A stretch of 64,000 nt of DNA. Origin: Candidatus Fraserbacteria bacterium. Its GTDB lineage: Bacteria > Bipolaricaulota > Bipolaricaulia > RBG-16-55-9 > DRXL01. Positions 30,557-40,207 of this stretch are shown here, one piece after another. Both the position numbers and the translations under genes were made by a program. Position 1 is the stretch's first letter; each line of letters starts with the position of its first letter. The notes beneath the pieces were generated by a model. It was not told the origin of the DNA, did no database searches, and saw only the letters and a program-made list of their open reading frames with translations. The DNA is taken from the NCBI GenBank assembly GCA_947085185.1, contig CAMTVK010000002.1, positions 160,001 to 224,000 of the forward strand. The letters run 5' to 3'.

Positions 30557-31389
30557 ACGCCGAGCTGAAACGACTCCACAAGGCCGCACGGTATCTGATG
30601 AAGCACGTAGGGGCGCAAGCGCCCCTACGGGTCGGGCTTGTCTTGGGGTCAGGGCTTTCGGAGGTGCTTGGGGAGCTTGAGGGGGCGCAGCGCTTCTTGT
30701 GGGAGGAGATCCCCTATTTCCCGCGGCCCACTGTGGTGGGCCATGCGGGGGAGTGGGTCTTTGGGGATCTAGAGAACACATCAGTTCTCATCTCGCGGGG
30801 GCGGGTGCACTTCTATGAAGGGTACTCGATGAGCGAGATCGTCTTCCCCATCCGAGTGATGAAGCTTTTGGGAATAGAAAGAGTTATTCTGACGAACGCC
30901 GCCGGGGCGATCAACCAAGACTTTGCTGTTGGGGATTTCGTGCTCATTCGCGATCATATCAATATGATCCCGGACAATCCGTTGCGTGGGGAGAATATTG
31001 CGGAGCTGGGGCCGCGATTTCCTAATCTCTTGGATGCGTATAGCGCTCGGTTGCGCTCGCTGGCCAAAGAAGTCGCGGCGAGTTTGGGGATGGCGCTCAG
31101 GGAAGGGGTCTATGTAGCGACGCCCGGGCCGATGTACGAGACGCCTGCAGAGATCGAAGCGTACAGAAGATGGGGAGCTGATTTAGTTGGGATGAGCACG
31201 GTGCCCGAAGTGATCGCAGCCCGACATTGTGGGCTTGAAATTGTGGCGATCTCCGTGGTGACGAACATGGCGGCGGGGATTGGTACAGATAAGCTGACTC
31301 ACGAAGAAGTGCTGGAGACTACGAGGCGACGTGAGAGAGATTTGGCGAAGCTCTTACGGGCGCTCGTGGCTCGGCTATCGTTTCGGTAA
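30553..31389 (+). CDS. punA: Purine-nucleoside phosphorylase (trimeric type)
   Basis: LVLGSGL, GRVHFYEG, TNAAG, GPMYETPAE, VGMSTVPE, TNMAAG. Confidence 0.93.
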   Translation: MNAELKRLHKAARYLMKHVGAQAPLRVGLVLGSGLSEVLGELEGAQRFLWEEIPYFPRPTVVGHAGEWVFGDLENTSVLISRGRVHFYEGYSMSEIVFPIRVMKLLGIERVILTNAAGAINQDFAVGDFVLIRDHINMIPDNPLRGENIAELGPRFPNLLDAYSARLRSLAKEVAASLGMALREGVYVATPGPMYETPAEIEAYRRWGADLVGMSTVPEVIAARHCGLEIVAISVVTNMAAGIGTDKLTHEEVLETTRRRERDLAKLLRALVARLSFR

Positions 31390-34300
31390 CTTCGGCAATG
31401 ATCGGCTGGGCCTTGGCGTAAACGTGGGCTTGCTCGGCGGATTTGTCTCTAAGAGCTTGATGATCTCTCGCACCGCACGCTCCAGCTGGGGGTCCTTCCC
31501 GGCTACGTAATCTTGCGGACGATACTCGACTTCTATGTCCGGCTCAGTTCCGTAGTTTTCGACGCTCCAGCCCACGTCTTGGAACCAGAACGAAAACTCA
31601 GGTTGCGTTGTGATCCCGCCATCTACGAGGGAGTGTCTGGCCCAAATCCCGATCACCCCGCCCCAGGTTCTCTTCCCAAGGAGCGGGCCAAGCTTGAGAA
31701 GCTTGAAGTTGTGCGAGAAGATATCGCCGTCGGAGCCGGCATATTCGTTGGTGATCGCGACCATCGGGCCTCCGACAGAATCTGTCGGATACGGCTGCGC
31801 TCCAAACCACCGGGTCTTCACATATGCGATTCTCCGGCGCGCAAGCTTCTCCAAAATAAGCTCCGAGACGTGCCCGCCGCCGTTGAAACGCACATCGACG
31901 ATTAAGCCCTCTCGATCTATCTCCGAGAGAAAGTAACGATGAAATTCTGAGTATCCCAGCGGCCCCATATTGGGAATGTGCACATACCCGACACGACCGT
32001 TGGTCTGCTCATGCACGAATTTTCTATTGTTCTCGACCCACTCGCGATAGCGTGCGGGCGTCTCGCTCGCCAATGCCTTCACAGAGACCGTGCGCGGGTT
32101 CTCGCCGTGAGCGTCCCCGACGGTGAGCAGAATTTCACAGTGAGCTTGATTGACTAAGAGTTCATATGGTGACGTGTTCGCATCAACGCGGCGACCGTTG
32201 ATCGCTAAGATCGTGTCGTCCTCGCGCACGTTGATTCCTGGCTGGGTCAACGGAGAAGTCTTGGTCATGTCCCATGGGTCACCTCGCACGATGCGCGCTA
32301 CTTTCCAGAGCTTGAGTCTCTTGTCGTAGACGAGATCAGCGCCGAGGAAGCCCATATCATAGCGTGGCTCTGGACGGTAGTCGCCGCCGAATTCGTAGGC
32401 GTGCGAAGTTCCCAGCTCGCCCTGCATCTCCCACATCAAGTCTGAGAATTCAGCGCGTGTCGAGATTCTATCTATGAGTGGGAAATAGCGTTCGTAGACA
32501 GCATGCCAATCAACTTCGGCCATATCTTCGGTCCAGAAATGATCGCGCTGGAGGCGCCACGCTTCGCGGAACATCTGGCGCCACTCCGCCGGCGGGTCCA
32601 CAGAGACTCGCGCTCTGCTTAGATCAATCCAGCCGCTCTTCTTGCCGGGAGGCTCGCTGGCGGCCTTCTCGTCGGGCTTTTCGCCTGCTTTGAGCACGCG
32701 CAGTCTGTTCCCAGCCCGATAGATCAGGGTCTTTCTGTCGTCGGAGAGCTTGAAATTCGTGATCCCGCTGATGAGCGTCTCGGGTTTGAGAGTCTCAAAG
32801 TCAAAGACCTCGAGGGTCGCTTTGGCCGGGGGCTCGGTCAGTTGGAACCAGTTCATATTCAAACTGCCTTCGATGGGGAGCGAGGTATAGAGCACTTTGC
32901 CCTTGATCGCAGCAATCTGTTGGTAGCGCCCGTCAGGCACGGGAAACGCTAAGATTCGGTCTGCGATCCCGGCAAGATCGATCTCGATCTTCTCGTCGGG
33001 CTTCGTTTCTGATTGTTGGTCTTTCTTGTCGTCGGGGGCTTTAGGGACGGCTACGAACGGATTGGGCAGGTCTCTCTTGAGTGTGACCAGATAGGGCCGC
33101 ACCCCGCGCGGGAAGCCCAAATCGAAGTGCAAATTGTCATAGACGGGATCGAACTCCCGATACGAGAGAAAATAGAGATATTTGCCGTCGGGGTCAAACG
33201 TCGGCGAGACGTCTTGCAACACCGGGCGCGTGACTGAGAAGATCTCGCCCGTCTCGACTTGACAGACTTTGATAGCTGACGTATGCAAGCTGAGCGCGCA
33301 GCTATAGGCGATCCAACGTCCATCAGGCGACCAATCAAAGCCTGCCATGGGCGCATAGGGGCTCTTGTCGAGCACGCGGGCGCGCTTGGTCTGTAAGTCT
33401 ATGAGTATTAATTCATTGCGATGATTGGTGAGCGCGACTTGGTCAGCTTTGGGAGAAGCTTTGAGTTCTAGGGCGCGGCCCAATTCGATCCCTGTCAATC
33501 TTTCTGGTGGCGTCACCCCATCGGCGTAAAATATTTCTAAGGTCTCTTCACCCTCGGCGTCGCAGACCGAGATAAGTCTTTTGCCGTCATGCAGCCAGCG
33601 CGCCAGACGATGGCGCACGCCGTCGGGCTCGCCATGCTGGACGACGGGGCCCTCCCAGTTGCCCATCGTGAAGATCTTGCCTCGAGTGACTACTGCGGTG
33701 AGATGCCCTTGGGGGTGGAGCGCATAGTCTTCTAAATATTTTGCGGAGTCCACGAACTTTCGGAAGCGCTGCGTTTGGGGGCTGTGATACTCGACGGCGA
33801 TCTTCCAATTCTGGTCTTTAGATGGATCGTAGACGTAGAGATCGGCCCCGGCGTGATAGACGATGCGTTTTCCGTCGGTGTGTGGGTGGCGCACGTAAAA
33901 ATCTTCGTGATCGGTATGGCGTTTCACATCTTGACCGGTCGGTGTACAAGAGTAGAGATTGCCCACGCCCTCGTGATCGGAGAGAAAGAAGATCCTGTCG
34001 CCAAGCCACATGGGGCGGGAGAGATTGCCCTGGAGCTGAATCAATCTGCGGAAGTTTCCTGAGCCATCGGGATCTATCCAGATATCTCCGGCGGTGCCGC
34101 CGCGGTAGCGTTTCCAACGTGCGGGGTCGATAGCATTGCGTCCGATGACGCAACCGCCTGTGGGGCCGTAGGAGATACTGAGGGCTGGGCCAGTGGGCAG
34201 GAGTTCTGGGGATCCGCCCTGGGGCGAGAGCGCGTAGAGCACATAAATATTTAAGAACGGCTGCGCAGCGTTGCTCGCAAAGAGAATCTTTCCGTTGGGG

Positions 34301-34584
34301 CTCCAGCCGACGACAATAGTATTGCTTCCCAGAAATGTCAAGCGTTTGGGTTGGCCGCCTTGGGCGGGCATGAGGTAGACTTCGGTGTGGCCCTCATCGC
34401 GTCCGCTGAACGCGATGAATTCCCCGGTGGGGGAGAGTGCGGGGAAGCTGGCCATGCCCAGCCCCGACGTTAAGCGTCGTGCGACACCGCCGTGGGCTGA
34501 GACCGTCCAGAGATCATCTTCGCTGACAAAGACCACAGTATCATCACAGATCGTGGGGTAGCGATAGTAGCCTGCAGCTGGCAT
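31375..34584 (-). CDS. Tricorn protease homolog (S41)
   Basis: Beta-propeller repeats, WKRYRGG, ELGTSHAY, PDZ, DVRFNGGG, AGSDGD, RTWGGVIG. Confidence 0.95.
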   Translation of the reverse strand: MPAAGYYRYPTICDDTVVFVSEDDLWTVSAHGGVARRLTSGLGMASFPALSPTGEFIAFSGRDEGHTEVYLMPAQGGQPKRLTFLGSNTIVVGWSPNGKILFASNAAQPFLNIYVLYALSPQGGSPELLPTGPALSISYGPTGGCVIGRNAIDPARWKRYRGGTAGDIWIDPDGSGNFRRLIQLQGNLSRPMWLGDRIFFLSDHEGVGNLYSCTPTGQDVKRHTDHEDFYVRHPHTDGKRIVYHAGADLYVYDPSKDQNWKIAVEYHSPQTQRFRKFVDSAKYLEDYALHPQGHLTAVVTRGKIFTMGNWEGPVVQHGEPDGVRHRLARWLHDGKRLISVCDAEGEETLEIFYADGVTPPERLTGIELGRALELKASPKADQVALTNHRNELILIDLQTKRARVLDKSPYAPMAGFDWSPDGRWIAYSCALSLHTSAIKVCQVETGEIFSVTRPVLQDVSPTFDPDGKYLYFLSYREFDPVYDNLHFDLGFPRGVRPYLVTLKRDLPNPFVAVPKAPDDKKDQQSETKPDEKIEIDLAGIADRILAFPVPDGRYQQIAAIKGKVLYTSLPIEGSLNMNWFQLTEPPAKATLEVFDFETLKPETLISGITNFKLSDDRKTLIYRAGNRLRVLKAGEKPDEKAASEPPGKKSGWIDLSRARVSVDPPAEWRQMFREAWRLQRDHFWTEDMAEVDWHAVYERYFPLIDRISTRAEFSDLMWEMQGELGTSHAYEFGGDYRPEPRYDMGFLGADLVYDKRLKLWKVARIVRGDPWDMTKTSPLTQPGINVREDDTILAINGRRVDANTSPYELLVNQAHCEILLTVGDAHGENPRTVSVKALASETPARYREWVENNRKFVHEQTNGRVGYVHIPNMGPLGYSEFHRYFLSEIDREGLIVDVRFNGGGHVSELILEKLARRRIAYVKTRWFGAQPYPTDSVGGPMVAITNEYAGSDGDIFSHNFKLLKLGPLLGKRTWGGVIGIWARHSLVDGGITTQPEFSFWFQDVGWSVENYGTEPDIEVEYRPQDYVAGKDPQLERAVREIIKLLETNPPSKPTFTPRPSRSLPKLPKR

Positions 34585-34713
34585 GAGAGGAGCCTCCTTT
34601 GTCTCCCTGATTTCTTCGCGCCCATAGTTCGATGAATCTTTTCTGGGATTTTCAAGAGGTGTCGCTCATCAGGCTTCAGTTTAGCCATGAATCGTGAAGT
34701 TTGCAAGAATACG

Positions 34714-34899
34714 TTATGGCCGGAACGCCAACCACACCGTGCTGATCGCAATCGTCGCTATCGTCAGGGGCACCCCGACTCTCAGATACGTCCAGAACCC
34801 CATGTGCACCCCACGCTGTGATGCGATCTCTAAAACGATGAGATTCGCTGCTGACCCAATAATCGTGAGATTGCCCGCGAGCGTCGAGGCCATCGCCAC
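34714..34899 (-). pseudogene. C-terminal fragment of an ArsB/NhaD-like anion transporter
   Basis: MASTLAGNLTIIGSAANLIV..FWTYLRVGVP; the upstream part of the gene is absent. Confidence 0.75.
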
Positions 34900-34981
34900 G
34901 GATGGAAAAGTTTAGAAAAAAATCTGTTTTCGGTCAAATTGACGGCTCGCACCCGATGCCCTATAGTAAACAAAGGAGCTG

Positions 34982-35425
34982 ATGTCTATGGATCTGCGCG
35001 AGACAGAGATCAAGAGAATCGAGAAGATCTCGGAGCTGTTGCTGAAGGCAGCGCGGGCTGTGCCCAAGGAGAAAGAAGATTGGAAGCCGATGCCCACAGG
35101 GAAATCCGCCCGAGAGATCCTCGCCCACCTCGGGATGGCGAATTATTTTTTTGCGGCACTTCTTCGGGGCACGGCTTACACCCAGACCAGTACCCCTCAC
35201 ACCTATCAAGAAGCTCTGAAGCTCTTTGAAGAGTCCAAAGCCGAGTTGATTGAGACGATCCGCTCGGTCGACCCGGCACAGTTCAACGAGAGGCGCACCA
35301 TGCCCTGGGGTGAAGAGCGTTCTATCAAAGACTTAATCACCAGCCCCATGCCCCATATAGCGTATCATTGGGGGCAGATCGCGTACGTGCAGACGCTGTG
35401 GGGTGACAGCGAGAATCGCTTCTGA
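34982..35425 (+). CDS. DinB/DUF664 family protein
   Basis: SAREILAHL and HIAYHWGQ His triad; TTGACG-17-TATAGT promoter and AAGGAG RBS. Confidence 0.85.
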   Translation: MSMDLRETEIKRIEKISELLLKAARAVPKEKEDWKPMPTGKSAREILAHLGMANYFFAALLRGTAYTQTSTPHTYQEALKLFEESKAELIETIRSVDPAQFNERRTMPWGEERSIKDLITSPMPHIAYHWGQIAYVQTLWGDSENRF

Positions 35426-35427
35426 GT

Positions 35428-35790
35428 TCACTTTAGGGGGAGAGCCGGCAAGCGTTTGAGCGTCCGCGTGGCGGGATCAACGGTTATGCCCACCGATTCT
35501 AAGGCCGTGACCCCCAGGATGGGTTCAGCGTCATCGGGGCCGAAGATCACCCTCCCTGCCGTGATCTCCCCCATGAACTCAAACTGCGCCAGCCCAAATT
35601 CGTACTCTTGAAGAGTACCATCAGCTAACTCGTAGACCATCTTTCCCACGGGCTGAACGCCGATCTTGCGTAGCTCTGCTGCGGGAGCGAGAGAATCCGT
35701 AGCTCCGGTGTCCACAAGAAAGTCTGCTTGGTAGGTGCCCCCGCCGGGGCCAAGTGCTGTGAGGGTCACGGTCACATGCGTCAGTCCCAT
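35428..35790 (-). CDS. Clan AA aspartic protease-like protein
   Basis: FLVDTGAT, LADG, ILGVTALES. Confidence 0.88.
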   Translation of the reverse strand: MGLTHVTVTLTALGPGGGTYQADFLVDTGATDSLAPAAELRKIGVQPVGKMVYELADGTLQEYEFGLAQFEFMGEITAGRVIFGPDDAEPILGVTALESVGITVDPATRTLKRLPALPLK

Positions 35791-35873
35791 AGCAGAAAGA
35801 GTTTACTCTCTCCGTGTGCCCTGTGCAAGGCAAGCTGTTGATTTTTTCGTCAAAAAAATCTACGATGAAGGCG

Positions 35874-36962
35874 ATGCGCTTTGTCTGTACGGAGTGTGGC
35901 CAAGAGTTCTCTGTAACGACGCGCCAGTGGCGCTGTCGTTGTAGTGGCGCCTTTGAGATCTCTCCACGACCGCGCTTCCGTCCCGAAGCTATTGACGAAA
36001 AAATCTTCTCGTTGTGGCGCTATCGGGCGATGCTGCCTGTTATCGAGACAGAGAACATCGTCTCGTTGGGGGAGGGCTGGACCCCCCTCGTGCCGGCACA
36101 CGCCTATAATAATAGAGAATTTCTCGCGAAGCTCGAATTCTTCGCGCCGACGGGATCGTTCAAAGATCGCGGGACGACGGTGCTCGTCAGCTTCTTAAAA
36201 GAGCTTGGGGTTGAGAGGGTCGTCGAAGATTCTTCAGGGAACGCCGCAGCCAGTCTCGCCGCATACTGTGCCCGGGCGAAAATTTCGTGTAAGATCTTTG
36301 TGCCTGCTCACGCTTCCCCAGCAAAGCTCGCGCAGATTCGCGCCTACGGCGCACAGCTCATCCCCGTCGAGGGCCCGCGCGAGAACGCCGCTATTGCAGC
36401 CCAGAATGCCGATGCGTACTACGCCAGCCATGTCTATAACCCCTTGATTTTAGAAGGGACGAAGACCCTTGCTTATGAGCTGTGGGAACAATTGGGCGGG
36501 CGCGCCCCCGATGCGATGCTCTTCCCCACCGGCCACGGCACTTTGCTTATCGGGGCATATTACGGCTTTCGCGATCTCTGCGACGCCGGACTTCTCGAAA
36601 AGATACCGGCACTCTACGCAGTACAAGCTGAAGCCTGCGCCCCACTCTCTAGAGTCTTTCGCGAAAATCTTACAGAATTGCCCAGTGTTCCCCAAGGGGA
36701 GACGATCGCTGAGGGGATTCGCATCCGTCGGCCTGTGCGCTGGAAAGTCATTCTCAGAGCTCTCCGTGAGACGGGCGGCCGCGTCATTGCTGTCAGTGAA
36801 GCAGAGATCATCTCGGCTCAGCGGGAGCTCGCTCGTCAGGGGCTCTATGTGGAGCCGACTTCAGCTGTGGCTGTGGCGGGGCTAAAGGAGGGGGCAGGGC
36901 GGAGTCAGGGCCTGACTGTTATCCCCATGACCGGCACCGGCCTCAAAAGCCCATTTCCATGA
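35874..36962 (+). CDS. Threonine synthase-like PLP enzyme
   Basis: N-terminal CxxC..CxC, LGEGWTP, PTGSFKDRG, SSGNAA, VEPTSA, TGTGLK. Confidence 0.88.
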   Translation: MRFVCTECGQEFSVTTRQWRCRCSGAFEISPRPRFRPEAIDEKIFSLWRYRAMLPVIETENIVSLGEGWTPLVPAHAYNNREFLAKLEFFAPTGSFKDRGTTVLVSFLKELGVERVVEDSSGNAAASLAAYCARAKISCKIFVPAHASPAKLAQIRAYGAQLIPVEGPRENAAIAAQNADAYYASHVYNPLILEGTKTLAYELWEQLGGRAPDAMLFPTGHGTLLIGAYYGFRDLCDAGLLEKIPALYAVQAEACAPLSRVFRENLTELPSVPQGETIAEGIRIRRPVRWKVILRALRETGGRVIAVSEAEIISAQRELARQGLYVEPTSAVAVAGLKEGAGRSQGLTVIPMTGTGLKSPFP

Positions 36963-37032
36963 AATTTCCATGGAAATTGCACGGGATTTCCATAGCCGGC
37001 TCTTGACTTTCTCGGGGCGAGTGTGCTAGAAT
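36953..37032 (+). promoter_or_regulatory. Repeated ATTTCCAT operator-like array and sigma70 promoter
   Basis: ATTTCCAT at 36953, 36964 and 36986; palindrome AATTTCCATGGAAATT; TTGACT(37003)-18-(TG)cTAGAAT. Confidence 0.55.
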
Positions 37033-37093
37033 CTCTTATAAGAGAAAAACCGAGAGATGGGTAATCTCTGCTCAGGGCAATCCCCATCGTGAG

Positions 37094-38935
37094 GTGGAAG
37101 TGATCCTAAAATCTTCTCGAGGATTTGTCAAGAGGGCGTGCGTTGTTCTTTTCTTGGGATTTATTGCCTTTCCCATAGGAGCGCAGGTCCCGCTGTGCGT
37201 GCTGGAGCTCTGGACGGATACCCAAACATATTCGTTAGGGCAGGCCGTCTCTGTCTTTGCCCGTCTTCAAGTAGGCGAAGAGGCGATCACCAACGCTCGG
37301 TTTAAAGTAGAAGTGATCGGTCCTGGACACAGAGCGTTTACTATCTCTACCAGTGGGGAGCTCTCCGGCGAGCTCAATCTCCAACCGAATTTCCGTTGGG
37401 AGGGGTTTTTGCTCACTCTGCCAAGCCTTACGGGGCAAGGGCTGCTCGCGCTGATCGGATTTTACACGATTATCGGCACGCTCTTTGACCCCCCATCGGG
37501 GCGCATCTACTGCGAGGATCGTCGAGAATTCGCGATCGCCGGCCCGTGGGGCCGGCAGCCCACAACAAAGACCCTGCTCGTCTCCTCCCAGCGCACGGAG
37601 TTTACTGAACCCTTTGTGAGCAAACTTTCAGCTTGGCTGGAAGCTGCCTACAAGACCCGCGTCCAGACGGTCTACCAAGAGGGGCTCTATCTGGGCTATC
37701 GCAAGGGCGACTATAAAGATTACGACGTCGTTATCTATTATGGGGTAGACTACGGGCAACCGCCGCCTCCGGATTTTCTCGACGACATCGCCAACGGCGA
37801 GGAGATCACACAAAAGCGCGTCGTCTGGATCGGGTATCACATAGATCGTGTGGGTGAAGCTCAAGAGAACCTGGGCTTTCAGTTCGCTGAGCAAGTGAGT
37901 GATTCCCGCGAGACCCGGCTCGTCTATACGTATTCGAACACGGACTACATCATGCGTCATAGCGAGCGCATCTTCGCCGAGGTCACAGATAAGAATCTCG
38001 CGCGCGTCCACGCGACCGTCGGGGGACGCCCCATCATTGTCAGCTCCAAGCATCGCCAATACCCAGAGAATGGAGAATTCTTCTATTTCGTGGGGTTCCA
38101 TCCCACAGCGCATGTGGTGCCCTTCGGAGCGCATCTGGTCTTTCTCGATATACTCAATGAAGTCTATGGGATCACTCGCGGCAAGGTCGCGCTCGTTCGC
38201 CTAGAAGACATTCACCCTCGAAGCAGCATCGCGGCTTTACTCACCGCCACCAACTATCTCAAGAGCGAAAAGGTCCCCTTCACGCTCAGTCTTATCCCGT
38301 TCTATGTAGACGGGGCCGACCGCACGAGCATCACCCAAGAGTCGGCGTTCCGGACAGCCGTCAAGCAAGCGCTGCTCAACGGCGGGGAGCTCGTGGTCCA
38401 CGGGGCAACCCATCAGTACGACGGTAAGACTGCCGAAGACTGGGAGTTCTGGGATGAAAAAGCTAATAAACCCATCGGTGGGGCGGAGTACGCCGAACAG
38501 CGCGTGAAGATGGCGCTCACCGAGATCCAAAAGGCTGGCCTGGCCCCGCACACCATCGGCTGGGAGACCCCTCACTACCAAGCCGGCGAGGCCCACTACG
38601 CCGTCTTCGAAAAATATTTTGGGTTTCTCTTCGAGCCCCATCGCAAGTTTGATTTGGCGTTCGTGCCCTACATCATCGAGACAGCCTCGAGCGTCTACAT
38701 CGGCACGCCGTTGGGGTTTGTCCAAAACGATACAGACATCTTTCGGATCACTCTCGAGGCTGAAAAACTCGCGGGCTTGAAGTACGGCGCGGTTGCCGCG
38801 TTCTTCTATCACCCGTTCTTGGGGGTAGATCGTCTGCGAGCGATCGTCACGGCGCTCAAAAAGCAAGGGTGGCAATTTCGGCTTGCGTCAAGCCTCATAG
38901 GCCCCGTGCGTGTCCAGTTCCCTGAGAAACCTTGA
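37094..38935 (+). CDS. Exported DUF2334-type polysaccharide deacetylase-like protein
   Basis: Signal peptide; RLEDIHP, HGATH, WETPHY, FFYHPF. Confidence 0.78.
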   Translation: MEVILKSSRGFVKRACVVLFLGFIAFPIGAQVPLCVLELWTDTQTYSLGQAVSVFARLQVGEEAITNARFKVEVIGPGHRAFTISTSGELSGELNLQPNFRWEGFLLTLPSLTGQGLLALIGFYTIIGTLFDPPSGRIYCEDRREFAIAGPWGRQPTTKTLLVSSQRTEFTEPFVSKLSAWLEAAYKTRVQTVYQEGLYLGYRKGDYKDYDVVIYYGVDYGQPPPPDFLDDIANGEEITQKRVVWIGYHIDRVGEAQENLGFQFAEQVSDSRETRLVYTYSNTDYIMRHSERIFAEVTDKNLARVHATVGGRPIIVSSKHRQYPENGEFFYFVGFHPTAHVVPFGAHLVFLDILNEVYGITRGKVALVRLEDIHPRSSIAALLTATNYLKSEKVPFTLSLIPFYVDGADRTSITQESAFRTAVKQALLNGGELVVHGATHQYDGKTAEDWEFWDEKANKPIGGAEYAEQRVKMALTEIQKAGLAPHTIGWETPHYQAGEAHYAVFEKYFGFLFEPHRKFDLAFVPYIIETASSVYIGTPLGFVQNDTDIFRITLEAEKLAGLKYGAVAAFFYHPFLGVDRLRAIVTALKKQGWQFRLASSLIGPVRVQFPEKP

Positions 38936-40197
38936 TGGAGATCTACACCGACGCGTTGACGGTCTTCTTCTTCGTGTACTGTCTGCTCTATAACGCTCTG
39001 CTCTTCTTTTACGTGATCGTCAAATACCGACGGGTGCCCTCATCATCCCCAACGAGAGAGCTAGAGAAAGACGACTGGCCCGTCGTGACGCTGATGATCC
39101 CCGCGCTCAACGAGGGGAAAGTCTTGTATAAGACGGTCGAAAGTCTCTTTGAGCAGTACTATCCCGGCACTCTCGAAGTCTTGATTATTGATGACGGTAG
39201 CGATGATGAGACACCCATCGTCACGGCCCAAATCCAGCGAGAATTTTCAGATGTCTATGTCTATCGGCGCGAGTTCCCCAACGCGCGCCAGGGCAAGGGC
39301 GCGGCGCTCAACGCCGGATTAAAATTCTTATTTGAAAAATTCCCGGATCGCCCGAAAGCAGACTGGGTGATCGGGGTCTTTGACGCCGACGGCCGCGTCG
39401 AAGAATTAGACTTTTTTGAGCAAGTCGGCTTGGCGTTTCGTGACCCCAGCGTGAATGCTCTCCAGTGTGGGGTGCGCATCCGCAATCGCCACAAGCTCCT
39501 TCCGCTGCTCCAAGATGTCGAGTTTGTCGCGTTCTCGTGGATCGTGCAGTGGGTGCGCGATAAGACGTCTGGGGCTGTGGCTCTGGGGGGCAACGGACAG
39601 TTCATTCGCGCGGACTGTCTGGAACTCTTACAGCCCCAGGGGCCGTGGGTCCCCACCGCGCTCACCGAAGACTTAGAGATCAGCGTGCGCATCCATCAGC
39701 TGCCCGGACGGGTTCGCTTCTTGGACCGACACGTCTCCCAAGAGGGGGTTGAGACCGTCCGAGCGCTCTTGAAGCAGCGCCATCGTTGGGCGTGGGGCAC
39801 GCTGCAGGTCTTCTCCATGTATGTAGCGAGCGGGGCGCTGTGGCGCTCGCCCATGCCCTTGCTCAAGAAGCTCGATCTGCACTATTATCTGACGTTCTGG
39901 CTTGTGCCGTTTCTCGTGTTGGGCTCGTGGGGGTTGGCTCTTCTCAACGTTGTGGGCTATGTGCGCGTGAGCACGCACTTTGAGTGGTGGCTGCTGTGGG
40001 CGAACTCGTTCAGCTTCTGGCCGACGATGGCCTTGGCGCTCCATAAGATGGGCACGCCGCGGATGTCCATCCCCGTCTTGGTTGTCTTGGGGACGCTTTA
40101 CTCGTATCATTGGATACCGTTATTGGTGTGGGCGTGGTATGATATGTTTCGGCGCAAGAGACCCCGCTGGCTCAAGACGCAGCGCATCTATTCCTAA
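38932..40197 (+). CDS. Processive GT2 glycosyltransferase (polysaccharide synthase)
   Basis: PALNE, DDGSDD, KGAALN, DADG, TED, QRHRW; N- and C-terminal TM helices. Confidence 0.9.
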   Translation: MMEIYTDALTVFFFVYCLLYNALLFFYVIVKYRRVPSSSPTRELEKDDWPVVTLMIPALNEGKVLYKTVESLFEQYYPGTLEVLIIDDGSDDETPIVTAQIQREFSDVYVYRREFPNARQGKGAALNAGLKFLFEKFPDRPKADWVIGVFDADGRVEELDFFEQVGLAFRDPSVNALQCGVRIRNRHKLLPLLQDVEFVAFSWIVQWVRDKTSGAVALGGNGQFIRADCLELLQPQGPWVPTALTEDLEISVRIHQLPGRVRFLDRHVSQEGVETVRALLKQRHRWAWGTLQVFSMYVASGALWRSPMPLLKKLDLHYYLTFWLVPFLVLGSWGLALLNVVGYVRVSTHFEWWLLWANSFSFWPTMALALHKMGTPRMSIPVLVVLGTLYSYHWIPLLVWAWYDMFRRKRPRWLKTQRIYS

Positions 40198-40207
40198 CAA
40201 CAAACTT

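Noticed and set aside
34600..34690. MAKLKPDERHLLK.. as a possible type I HsdR N-terminal remnant
   Set aside because: The similarity is too short to support without a search
39980..40207. N-terminal extension of the GH113-like ORF
   Set aside because: Overlaps the GT2 gene; the signal peptide starts at 40208
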